Positions 1 to 12,660 of a DNA stretch of 64,000 nt are shown one piece after another (position 1 is the first letter of the stretch; each line of letters opens with the position of its first letter). The notes beneath the pieces are model-generated. The model made no database searches and was not told the origin of the DNA. It was given only the letters and a program-made list of their open reading frames with translations. The DNA is from Camelus dromedarius (Eukaryota). Location of the stretch: contig NC_087436.1 of NCBI RefSeq assembly GCF_036321535.1, positions 23,252,001-23,316,000 on the forward strand. The letters run 5' to 3'. The position numbers and the translations under genes were made by a program.

Positions 1-116
1 GTGGGAGGCAAAGGAAGACTCAAGCTCCTCCTTTCCCCCAAGAGGAGGTGGTTGTGTGAGTCTTGATAAGCATAAGTTTCTTGAAAGTGGTGAACATTTT
101 AGCAGAACCTGCCTTA

Positions 117-608
117 TCTTTTTTAAATTGAAGTATAGTTGATTCATAATGTTATATTAGTTTCTGGTGTACAACATAGTGATCCAGTTATACACATATA
201 TACTCTGATTCGTATTCTTTTCCATTGTAGGTTATTACAAAGTATTGAATATAGTTCCTTGTGCTGTACAGTAGGACCTTGTCGTTTATCTATTTTGTGT
301 ATAGTAGTTTGTATCTGCTAATCCCAAACTCCAATTTATCCCTCCCCCTCCGCCCTTTAGTAACCATAAGTTTGTTTTCTATGTCTGTGAGTCACTTTTG
401 TTTTGTAAATAAGTTCATTTGTATCATTTTCTTAGATTCCTCATATAAGTAATATCATATGATATTTGTCTTTCTCTGTCTGACTTACTTCACTTAGTAT
501 GACCATCTCCAGGTCCACCCATGTTGCTTCAAAGGGCAATATTTCATTCTTTTTTATGGCTGAGCAGTATTCCATTGCATATATACCACATCTTCGGTAT
601 CCAGTCAA
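117..608 (-). mobile_element. 5'-truncated L1 3' end
   Basis: T-run plus ATTGAAGTATAGTTGATT...CTGACTTACTTCACTTAGTATGA L1 3'UTR; degenerate TSD 103-116 / 609-622. Confidence 0.85.
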
Positions 609-869
609 CAGAATCTGGCTTAGATTAGCTCACTGAAGGATTCACAGAAATTGATCCCTTATTTTCTAGTATAATATAACTGCCGACCAGTTACCTTTGT
701 CTTTTACGGCAAAATGGCCTCCACAGCCAATTAGTTGTGGGGCGAATATGCTTGCAGCAAAGATGTTTAAGGTGAAAATACCAGACACGTGTAGAAAGCG
801 ATAGGAATAAATATAAATATTTAACTTATTCATGTTTTGTCAAACCCCAACAAGGTAAATACTCTTCAG

Positions 870-2480
870 AATCTTCAGAAAAGGAAAGAGAAGCTTCCAG
901 TGCAAGATGGTGAAAACAGTGGCTAAGAGTACTTAGGCTTCTTCAGTGCAGTTGAGTTCTTTGAGCAAAGGAAACTCCACCCAGATTGCTAGGAGTCTCA
1001 GAGCTGTAGTCAGTTATGCGGGTTGATTATAGCTAGTGGAGATAAGTGGACCCAGAAAAGAGAAATTTGGTTCAAGTCTTAAGAAACTAAAAGCATGAAT
1101 TCTGGAAAAGATGGATGAGTAATCTTAATGTCAATCCCCAGAAAGATCCCTCTAGAAATTAGTGAACAGACAGTCTATATGAAGGTAGAGATGAAGGGCT
1201 ACTATTCAAAGCCACAAATTAGCTGTACCTCCTTTTCCAGTGGTGTTGCAGGAAGGCAGCATTTCTAAACATGCTGTAGGTGTCATGATGCAGCTGGTCA
1301 TTTGACAGATAACTCGCTATACATGGAAAAGTTGGAAGGATGTGGAAGTCAGTGAGTCCATGACTGGCTGAACCCTGCACCCAGAGCTTGGTGGTCAGCA
1401 ACAAGTTTTCTAGTACCTTGGCTTGGTATTTAAGCTCTGTGGTTGTTCCCTCACTTGTAAAATAGTTCCTGTCAGGACTAAAAGAAATAATTCAAGTAAA
1501 GTTCCTACAACAGTGACTGACTCAAAAAGTGTTAAGTTATTATTGTCACTATAATTACGATGTACTGGATAGCAATTTAAACTATGAAAGTAGGGAAGGC
1601 ATACTACCCAAATGTGTCGGCTACACGAAGCTGGGAGAGACAGCCAATGCATTGGAGGACAACAGCAAGATTAAAAAATATTAGAGGAGGAAATGATTGG
1701 CAAAAACAAATTGATAGGGATAAATCATGAGTCTTAAATTTTGAGAAGTGACTGTAAAAGAACTGTATGGCTGCATAGATGGTATAGTGGTTTCAATCTT
1801 GGAATCTAGGCTCAGACAAATCTGAGTTCAAATCCTGGGCCTGCCACTTACTAGCTTATGACCTTGAGCCTATTACTTAACATCACTAAGCCTGACTTTT
1901 CTCATCTAAGTTGGGGTACTAATTGTGCCCATCTCCTACAGTTATTGTGACAAGGCAGTGAAATACATGTGGAAAGCAGTTAACATAGGCTTAACACAAC
2001 GTGAATGGTTAATAAAGGTCTGTCGTTCTCTTCATGATTAGTATTAGTGAGCATGCAGACACTCTGGGGTTTAGTTAACCATGTGGTCCGTACGAAACTC
2101 CAGAGTGAAGAGCAGGAAGAGTGGACCACAGTCCTGGGCTGCATTAGGGGAAGAGCCAAGAACAGTTCCACTATTGTCTTCAGTGGGCAAGAGGCTTCTG
2201 GAGCTCTCTGTCCAGGGGGACACTGCTGGACTAATTAATACACAAGGTGGATGTGGGTAAGAATAGGGAAAGGTGTACAAATCAGGTCACATAAGAAAGC
2301 TGAAGTATGTAGAGAGGTGTATCCTGGGGAACGTACATTTGCCTTGAAAAGATAAGCCTAAGGGGGACAGGACAGCTATCCTTAAAATCCAAGGACTGTC
2401 GTACTGAAGAGGTGAAGGACCTATTCTGTCTGACGTGAAAGGGGGAGAGGAGTTGTTCTAAAGCTTTTCTTTGAATCATG
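870..2480 (+). mobile_element. Ancient L3/CR1 LINE remnant interrupted by a MIR (~1783-2020)
   Basis: CR1-like RT-region phrases (ACACGAAGCTGGGAGAGACAGCCAATGCATTGGAGGACA; GTCCTGGGCTGCATTAG); MIR core GAGTTCAAATCCTGGGCCTGCCACTTACTAGC; boundaries approximate. Confidence 0.55.
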
Positions 2481-3492
2481 AAGTCTGAGATGTGATGAGT
2501 TCTAGGCACAGTGTCTTCCCCCAAAATGACACAGGCACGTGGACACAGCATTTCACCTTTCACACGGCCCATGAACTTGACGAAGCTGAGGCTGCAGGCT
2601 GAGGATGCTGTCCAAAGTGAAGATGGTAGAAGCACTTTCAGTGTTTGGAGAACTCCCCAGGGGCGTGAGGCGCCTCTGGTTGGGATGAGCTCCCCGTCGA
2701 TGAGGACGTTCCAGCAGGTGCTGGGTCCTCTCTTATGTGGATGTGGACGTGGATGTGTGACGAGGTCCCACGTTAAGTGGGAGGTCAGATAAGATAACCC
2801 CGATGTCCCTGCCAGCCAGTCCAGATCCTGTGATTCCTCTTTTCCCAAATCCAGTTAATCTTCAGCTAGGTGCTCTGAGAATCCGTATTTACAAAGGGTT
2901 TTCTGATTCCTGATGTACGTAAGGGCAAAAGTTACAGGATTCTTTGGGTGGAAGCAATGGTGATATAATGGCGGCTGGGTTAGGCTAAATTAAACTGAAG
3001 AAATATTTAACAGAACCTAAAAGCAGCTGAAAAGGATTTCTAAAATGAGTAATCTGAAGCACTCTCAAATATGTATTGAGATTATTTCTGAACTCTTTAC
3101 AGTAATCTGGGGTATTGAGGCCCAGTGACCTGAACTTGCTTATTGATAACACTAATTTATTTTGTGCCAGGCGCTATTCTCAGTGTTAACACCTTTAGTT
3201 CTCACATTTTATGGGTCCTGAAGTCAAGACCCCCTGGTGGAAATTTCTGTTTATCATCCTGCCTCACAGAGGGGAAACTGAGGTACAGAGAGGTTCACGC
3301 TCCCAAGGGCACATAGTAAGTACAAATCCTGGTTCCAGAGATTTTGAACAAAATGTGTCCTGGCCAGACTTTCTGTCACACAATGTCTTGGCTTCAGTTT
3401 GTGTAGGGCAGACTCTTCGGGGGGACACTACAGGCCGGAGGGGTTACCAGCACGTATGATGCATTTCACATTGGTACTCGTGTGACTCCTAG

Positions 3493-3558
3493 GTGCCGCG
3501 TGCCATGGGGACCTCACAGAGAAACTCAAACTCCTGTACAAAATGCACGTCTTGCCTG
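3493..3558 (+). CDS. TBC1D9: TBC1D9 internal coding exon (fifth from last)
   Basis: ctcctAG|GT GCC...CCT G|GTAAGT; encodes (S)AACHGDLTEKLKLLYKMHVLP, matching recalled TBC1D9; phase joins the next exon. Confidence 0.93.
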
Positions 3559-3954
3559 GTAAGTGAGCTCCACAGAGTAACATGTGTAACCCCGGCCTGG
3601 CCTGAAATCTTTTTTGGTGTGACCTGTTTGCCTGTTTGTCTCTTTGCCTCTTTTTTGATATACAAAGCCACTCATTGGTCCCCAGGAACAAACTGAACAA
3701 TACTATTTACATGAGTTCCTGAATCAGCTAGATTCAATAGTCATTTCCTGATTTTCCTATGAGTCGTGGTAACAGAAAAGAGCAGAGTACCAGAAGAGAA
3801 TGAGTAAGTAGTGTTGGGTAACCCATGAGGTACAAGGACTGAGATTCTGAGTCTAGGGGGAGCAGTTTTACCACTGACAGAAACAGTGCAAAAGATGGTA
3901 AGGTTTTGAGTTCAGTTTTAAATAAGGTTGGCCTCCAGCTGGATGTATGCAGCA

Positions 3955-4125
3955 GACACAGAGAGAGAGAGAGAGAGAAAGGAAGGAAAGAGGGAGGGAG
4001 GGGGTGGTGGGAGGAAAAGAGAGAAAGAAAGAAATGAAAGAAAGAGAGAAATGAAAGGAAGAAAGAAAGAAAGAAAGGAGGAAGGAAAGAAAGAAGGAAA
4101 GAAGGAAAAGAAGGAAGAAAATGAG
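3955..4125 (+). repeat. GA/GAAA/GGAA polypurine simple repeat
   Basis: Directly visible. Confidence 0.95.
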
Positions 4126-4503
4126 GAGGGAATGGCTCTAAGGCTAGAGATACGGTAAAACTATAGATTTGGGAATTATCATAGCACACAATTTCCTAAA
4201 ATTTGGTTTGTAAAGCATCGTTCTATAGGATTTAGGAAAGTCTCCAAAAAAAGGAATACAAAAAAAGGGATACTTTGGTGTGGGGTTGTTAAAAAGGAAG
4301 GTAGAGTTAGAAATGAAGTGAGCCCCTCCCCCATATGGTTTTAGAGGCAGGGGGCCTTCAAGGTCCCCCAGTGATGTGACCCCCCCACCCCAGTTTTGTA
4401 ACTTTAGCTTCTCCTGCTCCCCTGTCATTTCTTTAACAATTGAAGCACACTTTCACTGAGTCATGGCCCTACCAGAATGAGAATCATCTCTCACCCTCTC
4501 CAG

Positions 4504-4590
4504 AACCATCCTCTGATCAAGATGAGCCAGATTCTGCCTTTGAAGCAACTCAGTACTTCTTTGAAGACATCACCCCTGAATGCACACATG
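4504..4590 (+). CDS. TBC1D9: TBC1D9 internal coding exon
   Basis: ctctccAG|AA CCA...CAT G|GTAAGT; (E)PSSDQDEPDSAFEATQYFFEDITPECTH. Confidence 0.95.
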
Positions 4591-4669
4591 GTAAGTGACT
4601 TTCCTTCCCACAGGGCCCTCTGTTATTGGAAAAAGTTGCCTGCAAAGCTGGTCAATCAATCACATGTGA

Positions 4670-4888
4670 CAGGGTTAATCAGGTAAAATATGAGACTCCA
4701 GTAAAATCTGGATTTCAGATAGACAAAAAATAATTTGTTTAGCCTAAGTATGTCCCGTGTGGTATTTGGGACTCACTTAATGCTTCAAAAAATCATTTGC
4801 TGTTTATCTCAAGTTCAGATTCAACTCGATGTGCCATGGTTTCATTTTTGTTTCTGTTTTGTTTGTTTAGCTAAATCAGGCAACCCTA
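4670..4888. mobile_element. MER53-like palindromic hAT MITE
   Basis: Termini CAGGGTT / GGCAACCCTA; central AAGTATGTCCC...GGGACTCACTT inverted arms. Confidence 0.8.
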
Positions 4889-4980
4889 CATAGAGGCTTT
4901 TCTGTTTTCTATGACACGTGCTAAATCTATGGGTTTATCATGTGACATGGTCCTGTTTTCTTCTAAATCTTTCTTGGCAG

Positions 4981-5055
4981 TGGTTGGGCTGGACAGCAGA
5001 AGCAAACACGGTGCCGACGATGGCTTTGTTACAGTGAGTCTAAAGCCGGACAGAG
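4981..5055 (+). CDS. TBC1D9: TBC1D9 internal coding exon
   Basis: ttggcAG|TG GTT...AGA G|GTACA; (V)VGLDSRSKHGADDGFVTVSLKPDR. Confidence 0.93.
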
Positions 5056-5143
5056 GTACAGACTTTCCCTTCTCTGTATTTCCCCATACTGCTGGTTCAA
5101 CAGTTGCTTCTTGACCCTTGATTTCTAAACATCTGGGTTTTAG

Positions 5144-5247
5144 GGAAAAGGGCAAATTCTCAAGAAAATCGTAATTATCTGAGACTCTGGACTCCAGAAA
5201 ATAAGCCTAAATCAAAGAATGCAAAAGATTTACCCAAACTGAATCAG
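5144..5247 (+). CDS. TBC1D9: TBC1D9 penultimate coding exon
   Basis: ttttAG|GG AAA...AAT CAG|GTGAGT; (G)KRANSQENRNYLRLWTPENKPKSKNAKDLPKLNQ. Confidence 0.95.
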
Positions 5248-6128
5248 GTGAGTACTGAACAGTTCGAGTCATTCATTTCGAACCTTGAAGCTCTGTTTTC
5301 CAGGCATAGATACATGTAGAGTAAGTACCCCTCAAAGAGAATGGCTACTTGGGGCACTTAATTAATACCTGTTTGGGTCTGTTTTGTGCATCAAAAGTAT
5401 GCTCTGTTTTGAGAAAATGACCTCCTCAGAGAAAATGAAATACTCCATTTTGAGAGTACATGCATTCTCATCCTAATCATTAAAAACACCTTCAGAGACT
5501 CAGAAGACAAGCTCATGCTGTTTTCAAACCACTGTGCTCAGCTCTAAAGGTGTCTGACTTTTTTTTTTTCCTCAAAAAGTTGAAATGTAATGAGGGAGCT
5601 AAAACAATATAAATAATTATAACACAGGGTGAAAATGCTTTTTTCTAACAGAAGAACAGATAAGTCATCTGGGTGGGGGTGGAAGGCGTTACTTCTGTCC
5701 AGGGACCCCAGCAGATGTGTCATGGGAGACGGGATGTGAGCCGACCTTGGAAAACCTGGGCTGCATTCTGATGTGTGTGGGCGTGAGAGGCGATGAAGTC
5801 TGCGATTTACTTTAGATACTTCAAGAAAGGATAGAGTTAGTGAAACATTTGTATAATGTGGTCCTTCTTGACTCCAGACTATGGGTACCATTATGAAGGT
5901 GTATTATTTCATTCTTTCTACTTCATGGATGTTGGAAGTTTTTCCAACTTAAAAAAAGGAACCATCAATGAAGCAACTGAACTACACATCCATCTACCCT
6001 AACGTAGGACTTTCCAGGGATCTTGTAGGAGTCCTGATGTTAAATGGCATTGCAGTCCACCTTGGTCCCGCCTCTCTGCTCACCGGTGAGGCGGTCACAG
6101 TCTTGTGTTTTCCCAAATCCCTTTTCAG

Positions 6129-6851
6129 GGGCAGTTTATCGAGCTGTGTAAGACGATGTATAACATGTTCAGCGAGGACCCCAATGAGCAGGAGCTGTAC
6201 CACGCCACGGCCGCGGTGACCAGCCTCCTGCTGGAGATCGGGGAAGTGGGCAAGCTCTTCGCCAGCCAGCCTGCCAAGGAGGGCGGCAGCGGGGGCAGCG
6301 GGCCGTCCTGCAACCAGGGCCTCCCGGGCGTCCTCTTCCCCAAGAAGGGGCCTGGCCAGCCTTCCGTGCGGGAGTCCCTGGAGCCCCTCCCGGCCAGCCT
6401 GGCGGGGGACGGCGAGGAACACTCCCTGGGGGGACAGATGGAGGACATCAAGCTGGAGGACTCCTCGCCCCGGGACAACGGGGTCTGCTCCTCCATGCTC
6501 ATCTCCGACGACGACACCAAGGACGACAGCTCCATGTCCTCGTACTCGGTGCTGAGCGCCGGCTCCCACGAGGAGGACAAGCTGCACTGCGAGGACATCG
6601 GGGAGGACACGGTCCTGGTGCGCAGCGGCGAGGGCACCGCGGCGCTGCCCCGGAGCACCAGCCTGGACCGGGACTGGGCCATCACCTTCGAGCAGTTCCT
6701 GGCCTCCCTCCTGACAGAGCCGGCCCTGGTGAAGTACTTTGACAAGCCCGTGTGCATGATGGCCAGGATCACCAGTGCAAAAAACATCCGGATGATGGGC
6801 AAGCCCCTCACCTCGGCCAGTGACTACGAGATATCGGCCCTGTCCGGCTGA
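6129..6851 (+). CDS. TBC1D9: TBC1D9 terminal coding exon (Rab-GAP TBC1 domain family member 9, C-terminus)
   Basis: cttttcAG|GGG CAG; GQFIELCKTMYNMFSEDPNEQ...ASDYEISALSG*; ORF 6105..6851; frame continuous with upstream exons. Confidence 0.97.
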   Translation, partial: GQFIELCKTMYNMFSEDPNEQELYHATAAVTSLLLEIGEVGKLFASQPAKEGGSGGSGPSCNQGLPGVLFPKKGPGQPSVRESLEPLPASLAGDGEEHSLGGQMEDIKLEDSSPRDNGVCSSMLISDDDTKDDSSMSSYSVLSAGSHEEDKLHCEDIGEDTVLVRSGEGTAALPRSTSLDRDWAITFEQFLASLLTEPALVKYFDKPVCMMARITSAKNIRMMGKPLTSASDYEISALSG

Positions 6852-8245
6852 CTCCGGCGCCTTCACTGGGGACGCGGAGGTGGGGGCGGGGTGGGAAGGG
6901 TCTTTTTTATGTTCTTCTGTGTTGGGGTTTCTTTCCTTCCTTTTAAATTAAATATTTATTAGTACCCGGCTTGAAGCCTAGTGTTTTCATAATATAATAC
7001 AATGAAAACTGTTGGAGAAATATTTAAACGCCTCAATGTAGGTAGAGTACACTCTCGTTGCGGGGAGGGGGATTTACCAGAATGCAGTTTATTCAGTGAA
7101 TTCCAAAAAAAAGATGACTCTGTGATATGTGTGTATTATAACTTCTTAATCTTGCTGTTGAGCTGTCCACATGGTTTAAAAAAATACATAGTGCTGTTTA
7201 ACGCTAAAGAAGGCAGCAGCCATTGTGCATTTGGGCTTTTTTAAAAATAGAATTAGAGCTGAAAGGAAAGTGTAATGCCACAAACACAGAATGTTCTTCA
7301 ATGGAATGGGCATTGTCAGCTAAGGTAGATCTTATACCACTTTTAGGGAGCATTAAACATATTTTTTAAGATTTGAAATATATTTCATAAAAGTCCTCTA
7401 TTCAAAAATCATGTTCAACCAGTATTCCCGTTTGAGGTTCTAAGCAGTTACAGAAGTGTGAGTGATTTCTGTGTAATGCCAGAATCACACTTCTATTTGA
7501 TCAATTTGGACAAATACCAGACCAATTTTGCATTAAAAAAAATGATTAGTTAAGTCAGCTGGCCAGAATTCAGGGGATATGAACAGTCTTTTGCTGCAGA
7601 GAACCTCAAAGTGGCAGCAAAAATGATAAGCGGGCTCAGGATTTTGGGGGGATTTGGGGAAGAGTAAAGAACTGATGCTTCTCATGCTGGATTTTCAGCT
7701 TCTTGTTACTCATTGCAAATAAAGCAAAAAATAAAACAATAAACTTTATCATTTCCATACTCTCCATAGGTTCAAGAAATTATACCATGTATCACATATG
7801 ACTGTCGTTCCAGTTAAACCAATGTAGAGATAATGTAAACTGAAAAAAAAAATCTGCAAGATAACATATCTGAATGTTTAAAGCGGAACTTGTCACTTTA
7901 TATTAAAAGAATAGTATGCTCTATTTCCTGAACGGACTTGGAAGTGGAAACTATCGCACCTGCACTTTGAATTCTTCCTTCTTTTTTATTGGAGTTTTGT
8001 TTTTTGCAGATGTTGGTGTTTTTTTCTTCTTATTGTAGAATTCATAATCATGGTCACATTTCCTTTGCTTATTCAGAATATTCCTTCCACCATATTCCTT
8101 TATTTTAGTATCCATCATGTCCTTATTTTAGCTATTGCTGCTGTTTTTTATTTTGTTTACAGAATGATTTTTAAACGGTCCAATGAAGTAGTGTTAACCT
8201 CAAATAGGATAAATGTGAACAAATAAAATACATCAGATACTCAGA
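6852..8245 (+). other. TBC1D9: TBC1D9 3'UTR
   Basis: AT-rich non-repetitive sequence after TGA; AATAAA near 7718 and 7730 and at 8222-8227, the last followed by a GT/T-rich tract; 3' end approximate. Confidence 0.7.
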
Positions 8246-9949
8246 TGTGGCTTTTCTCTCGGTGCTTGAGTGCCTGCCTAAGGGAATAACATTATTCTTT
8301 TGACAACTTTGAGGGGAAATTATGTTAGGCAATTATTTTGACTAAGTAAACAAATTTTATAGGCAATATTTTGAGATAAGAAATATAGTACGTAGTGACA
8401 TGCATACGGATGAGTATATTTAAAATAAGACAATTGTTATCAGTCATCAAATTATTTAACTTACCCTACATAAGTGGTAGAGGGGTGAAAATCCCTCTGT
8501 TTAACTCTGGTTAGTACACTGTAACACCACTTGGTATGTATTTAACCAAGTAGTCGTTTTTTGATTTGACTCTTAGATTGTTACCCAGTATTCCATTGTT
8601 TCTATAAGGTCACTTAAAGATGCCTCAAGAAATAACTCTGTAAAGCCTGATACTCTGTCTCAACTTTACTTCTCCAAAATCAAAGGTGGGTTTGGGAGGG
8701 AATGAGCTTGTGTAGGGAGGAGCCCTGAGCCTTTGAGTTGATTATTTCCAACTCAACCTATGAGACAAACAGGCTTGTTGGCTCAGCCCTTCCTTCCTCC
8801 TCAGCCTCCAGAAGGTGGACAGTGCCTTTCAAAGAGCATTAAAATTCCTGTCTAGTTTTTAATGGTTGCATTATGTCTTTTTAGTATCTCCATGGATCAT
8901 TCTCCTTAATTTTAGTGTATTGTGATGGACCATCTTCTTCTCTGAAAGGTCACTTCCCATCCAGCTCTGTGATGATGAGTTTCTGATGCTGATAATCTTT
9001 ACACTGTCACAGACGATGGGCTTAATGTCCATATCCTGATAGAATTGAACCAACATCCCAGTGCACTTCTGGCTCCAGAGCTTTGGGTACTGGCCTCAGT
9101 GGAGTGCTCATGTATGAAAACTCAAAAGAGAAATCTCCTGCTGGAGGAAAGGGAGAAATGCTGTGGAGCCTGGATGCTGGGGAAGTGAGTGCTGCAGAGA
9201 AACCACAGATGCAGCCACATGATTCCATCCTGCCTGACTTCAAGTCTGATTCTGGGTGGGAGGGGGATACACTGTGCAGGAGTGGCTCCAAGGGCGCCTC
9301 AGGCCGTGAGAAGGCTCAGCTCGGAGCCACTTAGTTTATGAATCCAACAGTGGAACTCGGGGAGGAGGGGGGAGTCCCACCAGCTGCCTCCTTTCTCCTG
9401 CTCCTCCAGTTAAGGGCCCCTCTGTGTCTTCTTCATTACCCATCCTGTAAGACAGCTCTTTTGTTTCAGTATCAACTTCTCACCTGAGAAGAATAGTAAT
9501 TGATGTGGTGAGTACAAAGCACTTCACACAGTTTTCTGTTAAAATGACTCTTTTGCCTAATGTTTAGGGCTGTCTGCCTTGTGTTTAACACCTTCTTGAC
9601 AGTCTCATTCTTCAAAAAGAAAGCCTAGGCAGCCAGACAAAGGAATTCAGAGGAAGACACAGAGTGAGAAGTGGCGGCAGGGACTGGGAGATCTCCCTGT
9701 GGGTTTTGTTCCTAGGACTGGCTGCCGGGAGACGGTCTGCACGGCCAGGAGGAGCAGGCGGCTGAGGGCGGAGCTGTGGGTTATTTGGGCTTCCTGGATT
9801 CACAGCTACCTCCCCTCCTCACCTCCACGAAGAGGCCAGAGCTGCAAGTGTAAATCCTGTAGCTGTTCTTAGACCACCTCAAGGGCCAGGTATCAAGGAC
9901 TGGTGCCACATCGCGAGGACTGGGTTGAAGATAATCTACTGTCTAGTGG

Positions 9950-10810
9950 ATTCACTTATTTCAGGAATGTCCACCACCCACCGTGTGCCAGATACTGTTT
10001 GTATTAGGCACTGGGAGTACAGCAGCAAATGGTGCAAATCAGAAATCCCTGCCCTTGATACAAACTACTATATATAAAATAGACAAACAACAAGATCCTG
10101 CAGTATAGCACAGGGAACTATAGTCAATATCCTGTAATAACCTATAATGAAAAGAATATATGTATATGTATACCTGGATCACTATGCTGTACACCAGAAA
10201 TTAACACAACATTGTAAATCAACTATACTTCAATTAAAAAAAATCCCTACCCTTAAGAGAAGTTTGTATTCTGATCAGGGAGACAGACTATAAGCAAGAT
10301 AAACAGATGTTATGTTGGTGACATGGGCAATAAAATAAATAAATAAAGCAGGATTTGCAATTCTGGGCTTGGGAAGATGGTGAAATTTTAGATGGGCTGA
10401 TCAAGGAAGACCTCACAGAGAAGATGACTTTTGAGTAAAAGCTGAGGGAGAGAACCACGCCAATATGTCAGGGAAACAGACAAAAGGAACTGCAAATGCA
10501 AAGGCCCTGAGGTGGGAGGGTGCCTGGTAAGTTTGAGGAACATCCAGACAGCTGTGGATGAAGCAGAGGGAAGGTACTAGGCAGAGAGGTAACAGGAAAC
10601 CAGATCACACAGGATCTGGGATGTCAATGAAGAGACTTGAGCTTTTAACTCTGAGTGAGATGTAGAACCACTGAAGGGTTGGGAGCAGGAGAGACAAATG
10701 ACCCAACGTAAGTTTTACCAATAATTCTGATCACTCTAATGAGAATAGAGGTAGAAGTTCAAGGATAGAAGCAGGCAGACCAGTTAGAAGGTCACTGCAG
10801 TAATTCAAGT
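9950..10810 (-). mobile_element. L2 LINE remnant with a nested L1 3' end (10057-10240, +)
   Basis: L2 motifs (GTGTGCCAGATACTGTT, GCAAAGGCCCTGAGGTGGGAG); nested L1 tail flanked by TSD AAATCCCT(G/A)CCCTT 10043-10056 / 10241-10254. Confidence 0.8.
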
Positions 10811-11299
10811 AAGAGTCGGACATAATTTTTTCTCCACCCTCAATCCTGAGGTCTGGAACCAGAGGACCATACACACCCACCATATCCTAATGGTCCAAGG
10901 CCAGGCTCAAATGGAGGAGTTAGACCTCATCTCTCAGTGAGAAGGGTGTCTAAGAATTTGTGTCCTCCTTTATTCTGTCACATCTACCAAACTTCTTCTG
11001 GGTTCTCCTGAGCCTTCGCCAAAATTCACTAAATACCGAGCAGCTGGTGCACAGATTTCCTCTGCCCCAATGTTTGCTACCCTTCAGGGAACTTCATCTG
11101 TACAGAGAGGCCTGCAAATGCTCCAGCCTTGATTTCCTGGATTTCCATCCCCTGCTGTACCTTAGACAGGTGAGCCCCTCTGTCCGTCCCACTGCACCTA
11201 TTCTTGGCACTTCTAGGCTTTTAACCTTTCTATCCATTCCCAATGTCTCTCACTAACTTTCCTATTCAGATTCGATCTTCTGGTCATCTCTTCAACTGC

Positions 11300-12660
11300 T
11301 GTCTTCTCAGGTCTCTCAACTCCATTTCCCCTCATTTTCTTTGGCTGCCACTTGGGGTGACCACTCGGCAGTCCCCAGATCTCAAATCATCACAAAGTTC
11401 TGCCTTCTTCAGTCACATCTGGGCTGCTGGGGGAGAGCATACACACTCCGTACATTTGCGCTGCCACAATGTCATGTCTTCAGTCTTTAGACGAGTCCTG
11501 AATGTCACTCAACAATCCCTTTCCTGTCCCTGATTCAACCCTCCTAAACCCCTAAATAGCTATTCTTAACTAGTCTCTTCAAGTCCCCTGTTCCCACTTC
11601 CTTCCCTCTCTTAGGTGAAAATTTTGATTCTGAGTTCACAGAAATCATCGGTGCAATTGGTTGCAAGTCTCAGCTTTTAGCCCCTCGACTACCAACGTGT
11701 CTGTTCCTGCAATCTACTTTTCTCCTTCCTCCACCCTGGATAAAAATCTGGCTTCCTTTAACCCATCTCTCTTTTATTTTCACATCTCCTTCACAACAGA
11801 TTTCTTGGCCTCCTATTGTAAGAATACTTATTCAATCCCTCTGGGATACCCTGTATTTACTGACATCAACCATTTCACAGCCAAGGATCATGAAAAATGA
11901 ACATAACCTTGCTGCCTCGGTTTCTTCACTTTCAATCTAACTTCGATTCACCTTCAATATGATGCCTGGATTCAGCACTGCGTGGAAGCTGCTCCTGCTG
12001 AGGGCACCTGTGATTTCTTAACTGCTGAATCCAATAGATCCCTTCTGGTTCTTAACTAACTTACTTCTTTCAGTGGCATTTAGATATGCTGACATTCCCT
12101 CACTGAATTCCCTAAAACTCTTTCCTTTCTTGCACAGTCTCTGTGACACCAGGATCTTCCGGATTCCTTTTTCTCCCCCTCTGACAAATCCTCCATCTAC
12201 TTTCCTAGGCTGCCTTCCTTTGAATCCTTTCAACACTGGGTACCACAAAGATCTGTTCAAGGTTGTCTTCTCCACTGCTTGCCCTGATTTCGGCTCCTGC
12301 CTGTCAGCTGCTGACTCTCAAAGGGTATCTAAGCTCAGGCTTCTCTCCTGACCTGCTTCATTCAACAAGTAGACAGTGAGTGCCCTGGGTGTTTCAGGCA
12401 TGGTCCACACTCTCATTCCTGAACTTACTGTATGCACTTCAAAAACTGGACTATTTTCTCCCCAAAACTTGTTCTCCTTTGTTGTTTCTGAGCTTAACTA
12501 ATAACACCAATATCCACCCAGTTCCTGAAGCCAGAAATGTGAATCACTCTTGATTCTTCTTGCTTAAGTATGACCCACCTTGTGACTGAGACCAACCCAT
12601 TATTTCTTCTCAGCCCCTATCTCTGTTCTTCTGTCTAGTTCCAAGATACTGTCTTATCCA
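11300..12660 (+). mobile_element. Degenerate L2 LINE
   Basis: CT-rich L2-like phrases (GCTGAATCCAATAGA, GGCATTTAGATATGCTGAC, CACCAATATCCACCCAGTT); boundaries approximate. Confidence 0.6.

Noticed and set aside
2282..2848. 188-aa (-) and 93-aa (+) ORFs in a TBC1D9 intron
   Set aside because: No similarity to recalled TBC1D9, no convincing splice sites, partly overlapping degraded LINE.
3734..4189. Hydrophobic 151-aa and charged 76-aa ORFs
   Set aside because: Translations of the GA-rich microsatellite.
5994..6866. 290-aa and 228-aa antisense ORFs
   Set aside because: Shadows of the GC-rich TBC1D9 last exon; no recognisable protein.
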